Below are positions 18,659 to 27,903 of a stretch of DNA of 64,000 bases, piece by piece. Source of the stretch: an uncultured Poribacteria bacterium (GTDB lineage: Bacteria > Poribacteria > WGA-4E > WGA-3G); the NCBI GenBank assembly GCA_958296135.2, contig CATQHZ020000001.1, positions 1,344,001-1,408,000 on the forward strand. The letters are read 5' to 3'. The position numbers and the translations under genes were made by a program. The notes beneath the pieces were generated by a model. That model ran no database searches. It saw only the letters and a list, made by a program, of their open reading frames with translations, and was not told the DNA's origin. How positions within the stretch are numbered: the first letter of the stretch is position 1; every line of letters begins with the position of its first letter.

Positions 18659-18847
18659 TTTGATACCTCTGTCTGTTTATCAGAGCGATTCAGTTTTCAA
18701 ATTTTTGCGTCTCTTTGTAGGGAACCCAGTTCGCCTGAGCTTGACCCGAGTGAGCGTGCCCAATCCCAATGCGCTCCGCTAGTTCGGGCGAGCCTGAACT
18801 ATAGGGGAAGCGCAATCACCAAATGGAAAACTAAATGAGCCTGGCTT

Positions 18848-18876
18848 ATGATACCATATTGACAAAATTTATGCAA
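18848..18876 (-). promoter_or_regulatory. Sigma70-type promoter upstream of the pspA-like gene
   Basis: TTGCAT-17bp-TATCAT with TG extension. Confidence 0.5.
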
Positions 18877-18937
18877 AACCGGCATCCGTTTTTGTCAGGC
18901 ATAGAGTTTCCACAGCCCAGGCCCCGGAGGCGCGGTT

Positions 18938-20623
18938 TCAAACCGCGCCTACCGGATAAATAAATCTGCTGCTATATCCTCCCTGTTTCTCCGCTAAATC
19001 GGAAGGTCTGCCCTGCACCACAGGGATGACGTAACTCCGGATACGCAAGCCGTCTATTGTTTCTGTCTCTACCCGCGGCTCTGGCGTTGAACGGTGGTCG
19101 AACACGACGTAGTATCCCTCCACGGCCCCTTCCAATTTCAGATAGGCGGCGAGTTGCTGCTTGCCTGCTTCATACAACCCCGCGCCACCCCACACTTTCA
19201 GTTCGACGATATACTTCCGTTCCTTGTGCAGGATGACCAGGTCTGTCCGCCCGCGGCCGGTTGGCACTTCGAGGTACATGTGTGCGCCCGCGATATGCAC
19301 AAAGCCGTCCAGATACGTCGCAAGCAGGTGCTGCCCGACAGATTCTCTCGGAATTTTTGGTACTTGCAAGATGCGAAACCCGACGCGGGCGATAAAATCG
19401 CGGAAGTTATCCAGCAGCGATTCCATATCCAGGTGCCCCTCCGGCGTGAGGTAATCCAGAAAACCGGCGTGCGTGTCTTCGGGGAGGTAGTCCTGCTCCA
19501 AGCCATTAAATAGTGGCTGGAACGTTTGCATGATGCGGTACCGATAAATCGGATTGACAATCTCACACATACCGTCGGTTCCGGCTGCGATAACCCCATA
19601 AGCCGCGAGGTCCAGCATGACTTCGTTGTCTAGTGTGAATCGCACGCCCTTCTCATCAGATGCGATGTCTGTGAGGAGGCTTTCAAAGCGCGGATTTTCG
19701 CGGATGTTGGCGCGCAGATGCTGGATATTGACGTTATCTTCCCGCAGGATTTTCTGGTGTGCGTCCGCAAAATGCGAGAGAGTAATCGTTTCCGTTTTCG
19801 GGATGCGCATTTCCTCGGTGAGAATCTGCGCGAGGCGGTTGACGAGGAACGGCTGCCCTGCAGTCTGCCGATGCAGCGTCTCACTCACCTCCGGCGCGAA
19901 GGGTTGCCCGACTTCATCGGTATACTGTCCAAAGAGTTCCTGCACCTGTGCTGGCGTGAAATTCCGCAAATGGAACTCGTCTTGGATGTTGAACGGCGAG
20001 ATGGTTCTGTCATAGTTGAGCTGCGTGATGCCCTTGATTCCGACGATGCCGACGCTGTAAGGGCACGGTGTCGCGAAATCCTTGGTGAGGTAAATGTCAC
20101 GAAGGGTATGCAGGAACCCTGGTAGTGCTTCGCGTGGGATGCCATCAAACTCGTCAATGATAAGCACCACCCGCTGTTCGTCCAGCAAACTCCCCAGTTC
20201 TTGGAAGAAATCGAGCAGCGTAAACTGATTGCCGTTGAGATGTCCGTTCTCTAAAAAACGGCTTAACGCTTTGGGGAGCGCGATACCGCGGATGCGGAAA
20301 ACATACTTGATCTGCTCGTAAATTCTTTTGTAAAGGTCTGGGTAAAACTCGGAGAGTGGCCAGTTTTCGTACCGCTCAAAATTGAGTTGGATCGGGAAGT
20401 AAACCGGCTCTTCTGCCGAGAGGGTCCGCATCGCTGTGCGGAAGAACGTCGTCTTGCCGGTCTGGCGTGGCGCGAAGAGGACGATGTAACGTCCCATTCT
20501 GACGCGGTTGATAAAATCGGCGAGTTCCTCGCCGCGCTGAACGACGTAGTTCCGTTCAGGCATCACCGGCCCGCGCGTTTCAAACGTTCTTGTTTGTCGT
20601 TTTTCCATAGTGTGTTGCTCCAT
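18938..20623 (-). CDS. AAA-like P-loop ATPase with C-terminal PD-(D/E)XK nuclease-like domain
   Basis: Walker A 'APRQTGKTT', Walker B 'LIIDEFD', C-terminal 'GRTDLVI...YIVELK'. Confidence 0.82.
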   Translation of the reverse strand: MEQHTMEKRQTRTFETRGPVMPERNYVVQRGEELADFINRVRMGRYIVLFAPRQTGKTTFFRTAMRTLSAEEPVYFPIQLNFERYENWPLSEFYPDLYKRIYEQIKYVFRIRGIALPKALSRFLENGHLNGNQFTLLDFFQELGSLLDEQRVVLIIDEFDGIPREALPGFLHTLRDIYLTKDFATPCPYSVGIVGIKGITQLNYDRTISPFNIQDEFHLRNFTPAQVQELFGQYTDEVGQPFAPEVSETLHRQTAGQPFLVNRLAQILTEEMRIPKTETITLSHFADAHQKILREDNVNIQHLRANIRENPRFESLLTDIASDEKGVRFTLDNEVMLDLAAYGVIAAGTDGMCEIVNPIYRYRIMQTFQPLFNGLEQDYLPEDTHAGFLDYLTPEGHLDMESLLDNFRDFIARVGFRILQVPKIPRESVGQHLLATYLDGFVHIAGAHMYLEVPTGRGRTDLVILHKERKYIVELKVWGGAGLYEAGKQQLAAYLKLEGAVEGYYVVFDHRSTPEPRVETETIDGLRIRSYVIPVVQGRPSDLAEKQGGYSSRFIYPVGAV

Positions 20624-20644
20624 GTAGTTGATATTACCAATTTT

Positions 20645-20674
20645 ATTATATCATATTGCGCTGTGTAAAGTCAA
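20645..20674 (-). promoter_or_regulatory. Sigma70-type promoter of the AAA-nuclease gene
   Basis: TTGACT-18bp-TATAAT. Confidence 0.6.
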
Positions 20675-20842
20675 ATTTCATTTGAATCAGGATGGACAAG
20701 ATTAGCGGGATTTGCAGGATGAGAGGGTTTCTTCTGACGAGATGGAAACCCTCTTGCTAGAGATACCGTCCTTAAATTCTTAACCGAAAACACGGGTAGG
20801 GAATTAACGTTCCCTGTCCGCGTTTTTTTCATTCTTTTTTTC

Positions 20843-20872
20843 TTGACTCTATTTCCCTTTTCGTGCTAAAAT
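20843..20872 (+). promoter_or_regulatory. Sigma70-type promoter
   Basis: TTGACT-18bp-TAAAAT with TG extension. Confidence 0.55.
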
Positions 20873-20924
20873 TTAAAAGTGGTATTGAAAACCCTGAAAC
20901 AACGTGCGCCCGCGGGAGTCCGTT

Positions 20925-22697
20925 ATGCGAATTCTGAACCTGAACCGAAAACTCAGAAGTGCAAGACGTTTACCTGAAATTATCAGCGTCTTCGCACGGC
21001 ACGGCTTTGGGCACATCATTTCGCAGATATTCGACCGGGGAAGGACAACTCGCTTCAGACTAAGGAGAGTGCTTGCGCGGAAAGTGAGGAAGGATAGCCC
21101 GAAGCGGAAATGGTGGCAACGCCGCAGCGCGCAAAGCAGAACGAACGAGGGCCTCCCGGGCACGCTTATCTCTGTGCCGGAACGTCTGCGGCTCGCGTTT
21201 GAAGAGTTAGGACCGACTTTCATTAAATTGGGGCAGGTGCTCAGCACGAGGGTGGACATCCTCTCCGAACTCGTTGGGCAGGAAGAGGCGTTGGAGTGGA
21301 TTACCGAGTTCCAGAAATTGCAGCGGCACGCGCAGCCCTTCGATTTTGACGAGGTCCGCGCCACAATAGAGCAGGAATTCAAGCGGCCGCTTGAGGAGGT
21401 GTTCCCAACCTTTGCGTCGCAGCCGTTTGCGGCGGCCTCTATCGCGCAGGTGCATGCTGCAACGCTTGAGGATAACGAACCGGTCGTTGTCAAAGTGCAG
21501 CGTCCGCGCGTCGCTGCGATAATTCAGACAGACCTGAATCTTTTGATGGAGTTAGCGGAACGGTTTGAAAACCACAGTCCGGAGAGTCATCTCTTCAGAC
21601 CGGTGGAGCTCGTGCGCGAATTTTCACGTTCTATCCAGAAAGAGATCGATTTTACGATGGAAGCGGCGAATACGGATGCCTTCTACCACAGATTCGCGGG
21701 TTCAGCGCAGGTGAAGATTCCCAAGGTCTATTGGGAATTCACGAACCGCCGTGTCTTGGCGGTGGAACGGATTGACGGTATTCCGATTGACGCGGTCGCG
21801 CAGTTAGATGAAAAGGGATTTGACCGGGGACAACTTGCCGAGACACTTGTTGAGCTGTTCTATTCGCAAGTCCTCAGCGATGGCTATTTTCACGCGGACC
21901 CGCACCCGGGGAACGTTTTCGTTTTGGATGATGGCCGGATCGGGCTCGTCGATTTTGGCATGGTAGGCCGGATAAGCGACGACATGCTGTGGCACATCTG
22001 CACATGGCTCGGTGCAGTCCTCTCGCGGGATGTGGATGCTGTCGTCCGCAGTTACATTCGGATGGGCATCCTCGGTGACGCGACTGACATCGCTGCCCTG
22101 AAATTGGAGATGCACGATTTTCTGGAACGCTACTTCACCATGCCGCCGGACAGACACCGCATCGGCGAGGTAATTCACGAGGTTTTCAATGCATCGCTGC
22201 GGCATCAAATTCATGTGCCGCCTGCGTTCCTGATGCTCAGCAAAACGGTGGCAACTGTGGAATCAGTGGTGATGAAACTGGATCCGGATTTCAATATTTT
22301 GGAATTCAGTCAGCCGTTCGTCGCGAAGTTCTTGGCGCAAAATTTGCGCGCAGACCGGTGGGCTCGGCAGCTCGCTGATTCAGTGGAGGATTTCACTGAA
22401 TTGGCGCGCGATATGCCGCTTCAGCTGCGTCGCATCTTGCAAAAATTACAGCGCGGTTCGCTCAAATTTGAATTGGAGCATCTCAGTCTTGAAGCAGCAC
22501 TCAAGGCGTTTGACCGGGGCATCAATCGGATCGCCTTCAGTCTTATCATCGCTTCGCTGATTATCGGTTGCTCGTTTATTTTACAAAATGCGACGCTCTG
22601 GGAATGGAAGTTTTTTTTGGGGATTATGGGTTACGCTACCGCCACGTTCTTCGGATTCGGGTTAGTCATTTCTATCTTACGTTCTGGGCGGTTTTAG
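20925..22697 (+). CDS. AarF/UbiB/ABC1 family protein kinase-like protein
   Basis: 'ELGPTFIKLGQVLSTR', 'AAASIAQVH', 'VVVKVQRP', 'FHADPHPGN', 'DFGMVG'; two C-terminal TM helices. Confidence 0.92.
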   Translation: MRILNLNRKLRSARRLPEIISVFARHGFGHIISQIFDRGRTTRFRLRRVLARKVRKDSPKRKWWQRRSAQSRTNEGLPGTLISVPERLRLAFEELGPTFIKLGQVLSTRVDILSELVGQEEALEWITEFQKLQRHAQPFDFDEVRATIEQEFKRPLEEVFPTFASQPFAAASIAQVHAATLEDNEPVVVKVQRPRVAAIIQTDLNLLMELAERFENHSPESHLFRPVELVREFSRSIQKEIDFTMEAANTDAFYHRFAGSAQVKIPKVYWEFTNRRVLAVERIDGIPIDAVAQLDEKGFDRGQLAETLVELFYSQVLSDGYFHADPHPGNVFVLDDGRIGLVDFGMVGRISDDMLWHICTWLGAVLSRDVDAVVRSYIRMGILGDATDIAALKLEMHDFLERYFTMPPDRHRIGEVIHEVFNASLRHQIHVPPAFLMLSKTVATVESVVMKLDPDFNILEFSQPFVAKFLAQNLRADRWARQLADSVEDFTELARDMPLQLRRILQKLQRGSLKFELEHLSLEAALKAFDRGINRIAFSLIIASLIIGCSFILQNATLWEWKFFLGIMGYATATFFGFGLVISILRSGRF

Positions 22698-22882
22698 GGT
22701 GTTATGCGGGGCGCATCCGGTAGGCGCGCTTTCACTTTCCACAACGTCAGGTGCCTACCAGAGGCATTTAGTTGTCCGATATCTGTCGTTTGAGCTCGGC
22801 TGAGCTCAAACTGAGGGGGTGGGTCTTTGGGTGCCTACCGCCAAATTGGATTTTTCGTAAATTCTGTTCATGAGGCACAATT

Positions 22883-23332
22883 ATGGGAGTTTTACTTGGA
22901 TTGGATGTCGGCGATGCACGGATTGGCGTAGCGCGCAGCGACGAACTGGGCATCACGGCGCATCCGTTATGCACCCTGACGCGCAAAAATCGGCGGGTAG
23001 ATCTGGTTGCTATTTCTGACCTGGTTTCTATCCACAAAGCCGAGCGCGTCATCATTGGGTTACCTATCTCGCTTGATGGGACAATCGGTACGCAGGCGCG
23101 GAGTGTTCAGAAATTCGCCGAACGCTTGGGCAACGTTATCAAGGTCCCGATTGAATTTTGGGACGAGCGGTTCACCACGGTTGAGGCGGAAGATGTCCTG
23201 CGTGAGTTAAACAAAAATTCCAAGAAGCAGAAGGATATCATCGACCAGGTTGCGGCGACGATTATTCTGGGCGAGTATCTGGAGCGTCAGCGCAAAGACG
23301 CGCCTGCTGATGCGAAATCTTGCAAGTCTTGA
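22883..23332 (+). CDS. ruvX: YqgF/RuvX pre-16S rRNA nuclease
   Basis: 'LGLDVGDARIGVA', 'WDERFTT', 'IDQVAATIIL'. Confidence 0.92.
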   Translation: MGVLLGLDVGDARIGVARSDELGITAHPLCTLTRKNRRVDLVAISDLVSIHKAERVIIGLPISLDGTIGTQARSVQKFAERLGNVIKVPIEFWDERFTTVEAEDVLRELNKNSKKQKDIIDQVAATIILGEYLERQRKDAPADAKSCKS

Positions 23333-23405
23333 CAATGTCAAGCCGGTCTGGGAAGGGGAGTGACTTTCCCTGACAATGTCCAATCACCGCTAGGAAATAC
23401 GAAAT

Positions 23406-24410
23406 ATGCGACATACCGTTCTCCGGTTCTGCGTTTATACACTTGGTTGCCTCGGTATCCTCTGCCTCATCGCGATGTTCATCGGTGGACTTTACTTCTC
23501 GCCTGTTGGCGGGGCATCCGGTGCTGTTGTCTTCGACGTGCAGGCGGGTAGCAGTTCACGGGCAATCGCGAAGCAGCTCGTGGCGGCGCGGTTAATTCGG
23601 AGTGAGCTCGCCTTTCGGCTTGCTCTCCGGTACCGAGGTGCTAGCAGAGAATTAAAGGCGGGCAGTTATCAGCTTCGGCGGGATATGTCCTTAATGCAGA
23701 TTCTCGATGAACTGCAAAAGGGACACGTCGCCTTGGAGAGTTGGACAGTGCCAGAGGGGCTCACCGTGGCGGCCGTCGCCGAGCTCTGGGAATCCGCGGG
23801 CTTCGGCACGGCGGAGGCATTTCTGGCTGCGCTGACGTTGCCCAGTTTCTTGGAAGACTATGGTTCCGTGGAAGGCTATCTTTTTCCGAACACCTACAAG
23901 TTCGCCAAAGGCACGCCTGCCGAGACAGTTTTTGAAATGATGCTTGAAGAATTCAACCGGCGATGGGATGAAGCGGCAGAGGATTCAGATGAGATTGAAA
24001 TTGGAGAGATCAAATTTACCCGGCATGAAATCGTGATTCTCGCTTCTATCATTGAAAAAGAGGCTGCTACTGCTTCGGAGCGGCCGCGGATTGCGAGTGT
24101 TTTCCACAACCGGCTCAAGCGTAACGGGCTGTTACAGGCGGATCCGACGGTAGTTTACGCGCTCGGTAACCCGGAACGCCTGCTCACCACGGCAGATCTC
24201 AAAGTAGATTCGCCTTACAACACCTATCGGCATAAAGGGTTGCCGCCGGGCCCGATATGTAATCCGGGCATCGCTTCAATTCGGGCGGCGTTGCATCCGG
24301 AAAAGACAGACTACCTCTATTTTATGGCGATAGGGGAGGGAAAGCATCACTTCTCAAAGACGTTCGCTGAACATAAGCGGGTGAGGCGGAAGATGAGACG
24401 CAAGCGGTAG
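23406..24410 (+). CDS. mltG: Endolytic transglycosylase
   Basis: N-terminal TM; 'EGYLFPNTY', 'LASIIEKE', 'LQADPT', 'SPYNTY...GLPPGPICNPG'. Confidence 0.93.
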   Translation: MRHTVLRFCVYTLGCLGILCLIAMFIGGLYFSPVGGASGAVVFDVQAGSSSRAIAKQLVAARLIRSELAFRLALRYRGASRELKAGSYQLRRDMSLMQILDELQKGHVALESWTVPEGLTVAAVAELWESAGFGTAEAFLAALTLPSFLEDYGSVEGYLFPNTYKFAKGTPAETVFEMMLEEFNRRWDEAAEDSDEIEIGEIKFTRHEIVILASIIEKEAATASERPRIASVFHNRLKRNGLLQADPTVVYALGNPERLLTTADLKVDSPYNTYRHKGLPPGPICNPGIASIRAALHPEKTDYLYFMAIGEGKHHFSKTFAEHKRVRRKMRRKR

Positions 24411-24523
24411 GGGAGTTCTCCCTGTCTTGCCGGTGTATTCGGTGTTGAGACTGGGCGGTTTCGCCGATGGTTTGTTTTCAAGAGCGGGGGTTCTCTCCTA
24501 CTGGGGAGAATGAAATCGTCCTA

Positions 24524-24552
24524 TTGACATTTGTGATGTTGCATGCTATACT
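24524..24552 (+). promoter_or_regulatory. Sigma70-type promoter of the MNT-HEPN gene
   Basis: TTGACA-17bp-TATACT. Confidence 0.7.
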
Positions 24553-24569
24553 GCAAGGGGGCTGACTTC

Positions 24570-25346
24570 ATGATTCCTTTAAAAGAGATTCGAGCCACGT
24601 GTGATGACATCGTTCGCGAATTTTCGCCGCTCCAAGTTATCCTCTTCGGTTCGTATGCGTATGGCACTCCGACGGAAGACTCGGATGTTGATTTGCTGGT
24701 AGTGATGTCGGTTCTGAAATCGGAGACGCGCCAGCAGGAACGGGAGATTCAAAAGCGGATACCCATGCGGTTTCGTCTCGATTTGCATGTTCGTTCGCCG
24801 GACGATATTGCGTATCGCATCTCGCACAACGACTGGTTTCTGCGCGACATCTTTGAAAAGGGCGATGTGCTTTATGGTGCAGAGGCTCCCCACGAAAGCC
24901 GGTTAAGTTTCGCCCAAAAAACCTTAGTACCGATATGGAAGGAGACAGGTTTTGTGAATCCGTTGACATTGGAATTGGTGCAGAAAGCGGAGGAAGATTG
25001 GACTTCGGTAAAATGGCTCCAGCAGTCTCCTACGCCTGTCCGTGATTCGATTTGTTTCCACGCGCAGCAGTGCATTGAAAAATACCTCAAGGCGTGGCTG
25101 CAGGAGGCGAACCTCCGTCCGCCGCGGACGCACGATTTGAACGAATTGCTGGTTCTGATTGTGCCCTCGCTCCCTGCGTGGCGGGCGTGGGAAGAGGACT
25201 TCGCTGCGTTTGAGAAACATGCGGTGGATGGACGCTATCCGGGCTATTTCGCGAAAGATAAGGATGTTGTGCGTGCGGTGCGCATCTGCACGGAGGTTCG
25301 TGAAACCATTCGTGCGACGTTGGGATTGCCAATCAAGGATGCGTAA
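24570..25346 (+). CDS. Fused minimal nucleotidyltransferase (MNT)-HEPN protein
   Basis: 'ILFGSYAYG...DSDVDLLV' followed by 'FHAQQCIEKYLKA...THDL...RYP'. Confidence 0.87.
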   Translation: MIPLKEIRATCDDIVREFSPLQVILFGSYAYGTPTEDSDVDLLVVMSVLKSETRQQEREIQKRIPMRFRLDLHVRSPDDIAYRISHNDWFLRDIFEKGDVLYGAEAPHESRLSFAQKTLVPIWKETGFVNPLTLELVQKAEEDWTSVKWLQQSPTPVRDSICFHAQQCIEKYLKAWLQEANLRPPRTHDLNELLVLIVPSLPAWRAWEEDFAAFEKHAVDGRYPGYFAKDKDVVRAVRICTEVRETIRATLGLPIKDA

Positions 25347-25611
25347 TGCATCGCGAGGGATGCGGACGCTTTAGTCCGGTAGTCGCGCTTTGAAAGCGCG
25401 CCTACCTGAAATTATGGAAATTCAAAAAAGGTATTTAATATTGGCGCAAAGCGTTCGATAACGTTTCCCTGGGCAGGGAGCCCCGTTAACGTTTCTGCTG
25501 ACGCGGGCGGTGACTTCGCCAAGACGTGCAAGAAAAGAGAACGTCTTTTCTGCCTGATAAGGGGCGTGCTTTGCCCAGACAACGTCAAACAACCGCTAGG
25601 AAATACGAAAT

Positions 25612-26988
25612 ATGGCAAAGGCTGATTCACAGCAGACACTTCAGAATGAAATCACATTTTCGGGTAGGGGGTTAATGCTCGGCGAGTCTGTCACATTAAC
25701 CGTGAAACCCGCGCCGGCTGACTCCGGCATCGTCTTTCGGCGAGTGGATATCGCGGGTGCCCCCGACATTAAAGTGTGTCCAGAGAACTGGGCAGATATT
25801 CTCCCGCGCTGCACTAGTTTACGCGGCGATTCTTCTGTTGTTGCAGGAACCAACAGCAATTCGGCGCAAAACGTCACTGCGAGAGGAGACGTGACTTCTG
25901 GCAATCATACAAAAATAACGGTGAGTAGCGTTGAGCACGTTCTTTCTGCCTTAGGTGGACTTGGTATTGACAACGCGGTGGTAGAGCTCGATGCTACGGA
26001 ACCGCCGGCTCTTGATGGGAGTGCCTTACCATACGCCGAGGGAATCCAGAGTGTCGGTGTTGTCGCGCAAGAGAATACTGAACGCCGCGTTATGGAGTTC
26101 TCCGAACCGTTTGCCTTTTCAGCGGGAAATCGGCAGCTTGTTTTGCTACCGGCGGATGCGTTTCAAGTGACGTTCGTTTACGCGCATCCGCAAACCGCGC
26201 CGCAAATCGTCACATTGCAAATTACCCCGGAGAGTTATATCCGTGAAATCGCGCCTGCACGGAGTTTCTGTTTTGAAAATGAGATAGAGGCGTTGCAGTC
26301 TCTGGGCATCGGGAAGGGTGCGAGTTATGAGAATGTTGTGGTTATCAATGAGGAGGGCGCGCCGAGCACACGGCTTCATTTTCCAGACGAGTTTGTGCGC
26401 CATAAAATCCTCGATCTCATCGGCGATCTCTCCCTTGCGGGTTCTCTGCCTCCATTGCTGTGGAAGACGCATGTCATCGCGATGCGCACTGGGCACACGT
26501 TCCACGCTAAATTTGTGCAGGCTCTCGCGGAGAAAGGGCCCCTCGCAACGGTGCAGCAGCCGGTCGATGTGAAGGAGATTTACCGCATCCTGCCGCACCG
26601 ACACCCGATGTGTCTGCTGGACAGAGTGCTTGAATATGAGAACGGCAAATACGCTATCGGCATCAAGAACGTGACGTATAACGAACGGGTATTTGAAGGG
26701 CATTTCCCTGTTCAACCTGTGATGCCGGGGGTGTTACAGGTGGAGGCATTGGCCCAGTTGGCTGCGTGGCTGGTGCTTCAAGAAATCGGCAAGGAGGGGC
26801 AGCTCGGCTACTTCCGTACTATCAACAAGGCGACGTTTCGGCGGGCTGTTGTTCCCGGGGACCAGCTCCGCTTGGAAATCGAGGTTATTCAGCGTCGGAG
26901 CACGCTGGCGCGCATCAAAGGCCAGGCGTATGTCGGCGACGCGCTCGCGACAGAGGCGGAGTTGTCAATTGCCCTCGCGCCCAATTAG
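25612..26988 (+). CDS. lpxC-fabZ: Bifunctional LpxC deacetylase / FabZ dehydratase
   Basis: 'VEHVLSAL', 'EPPALDGSA', 'RHKILDLIGD', then 'LPHRHP', 'GHFP..PVMPGVLQVEALAQ'. Confidence 0.92.
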   Translation: MAKADSQQTLQNEITFSGRGLMLGESVTLTVKPAPADSGIVFRRVDIAGAPDIKVCPENWADILPRCTSLRGDSSVVAGTNSNSAQNVTARGDVTSGNHTKITVSSVEHVLSALGGLGIDNAVVELDATEPPALDGSALPYAEGIQSVGVVAQENTERRVMEFSEPFAFSAGNRQLVLLPADAFQVTFVYAHPQTAPQIVTLQITPESYIREIAPARSFCFENEIEALQSLGIGKGASYENVVVINEEGAPSTRLHFPDEFVRHKILDLIGDLSLAGSLPPLLWKTHVIAMRTGHTFHAKFVQALAEKGPLATVQQPVDVKEIYRILPHRHPMCLLDRVLEYENGKYAIGIKNVTYNERVFEGHFPVQPVMPGVLQVEALAQLAAWLVLQEIGKEGQLGYFRTINKATFRRAVVPGDQLRLEIEVIQRRSTLARIKGQAYVGDALATEAELSIALAPN

Positions 26989-27006
26989 GCAGAAAGAGGT
27001 ATATCT

Positions 27007-27831
27007 GTGCTAGAGACACACATTCACCCAACTGCGATAATCTCTCCGAAGGCGATTTTGGAAGAGGGGGTTCGCGTTGGCCCCTATAGCCTTGTCGGTG
27101 ACTATGCGCATATCGGCCGTGGTACCGAGATTGGCCCCCATGTTCAGATTGACAAGTGGACTACCATCGGTGAGGACTGCCGCGTCTTTTTTGGTGCTAC
27201 CATCGGGAATCCGTCAAAAGATTTGAAGTATAACGGGGCACGGAGTTATGTCAAAATCGGCGACCGGAATACCCTTCGCGAGTATGTCTCGATTTCCAGA
27301 TCAACCTTTGAGGAGGGGGCGACTATCGTCGGTGATAACAATCTGTTCATGAATTGGGTGAATCTCGCGCATGACACCGTTGTTGGCAACTGCACTATCA
27401 TGGCGAACTTTGTATCGCTGGCTGGGCATGTAGAAATCGAGGATGACGTTCGGCTCGGCGCGCACGCGGCGCTGCATCAGTATGTCCGCGTCGGCAAAAT
27501 GGCGATGGCGGGCGGCTTCTCGAAGATTGTGCAAGATATTCCGCCGTTCGCCCTTTCGGCGGGACAACCTGCACGGGTGCGGAGTTTAAACCGCATCGGC
27601 ATTCATACCTCGCAAATCAATCCGTTGTCTCGGCTTTCCCCTGAAACTCTCGCTTTGCTGAAAAAATCTTTCCGCATTCTGTTTCGTTCCGGCATCCCGC
27701 TGCGGCACGCTGTTACCCAAGTGCGAGAGGTGGTGGCGGCGAACCCTGAGGTAGAATATCTCCTGCAGTTTATTGAGAGCTCCAAGCGTGGCATTGGATT
27801 CAGCCATCCGAATCGTCCGCTTGTGGGTTAA
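27007..27831 (+). CDS. lpxA: UDP-N-acetylglucosamine O-acyltransferase
   Basis: 'IHPTAII', hexapeptide repeats, 'DLKY', 'AHD', 'LAGHVEI', 'QDIPPF'. Confidence 0.93.
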   Translation: MLETHIHPTAIISPKAILEEGVRVGPYSLVGDYAHIGRGTEIGPHVQIDKWTTIGEDCRVFFGATIGNPSKDLKYNGARSYVKIGDRNTLREYVSISRSTFEEGATIVGDNNLFMNWVNLAHDTVVGNCTIMANFVSLAGHVEIEDDVRLGAHAALHQYVRVGKMAMAGGFSKIVQDIPPFALSAGQPARVRSLNRIGIHTSQINPLSRLSPETLALLKKSFRILFRSGIPLRHAVTQVREVVAANPEVEYLLQFIESSKRGIGFSHPNRPLVG

Positions 27832-27903
27832 AATGTCTCTAGGGCCCGTGGGGCGAGGGCCTGTCCCTCGCCGTTTCCCCACTCAAATAAGGGAACAGAA
27901 AAC

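Noticed and set aside
25612-26988. LpxC-FabZ fusion as a novelty
   Set aside because: This is a well-known fusion (e.g. in Bacteroidota and Chlorobi).
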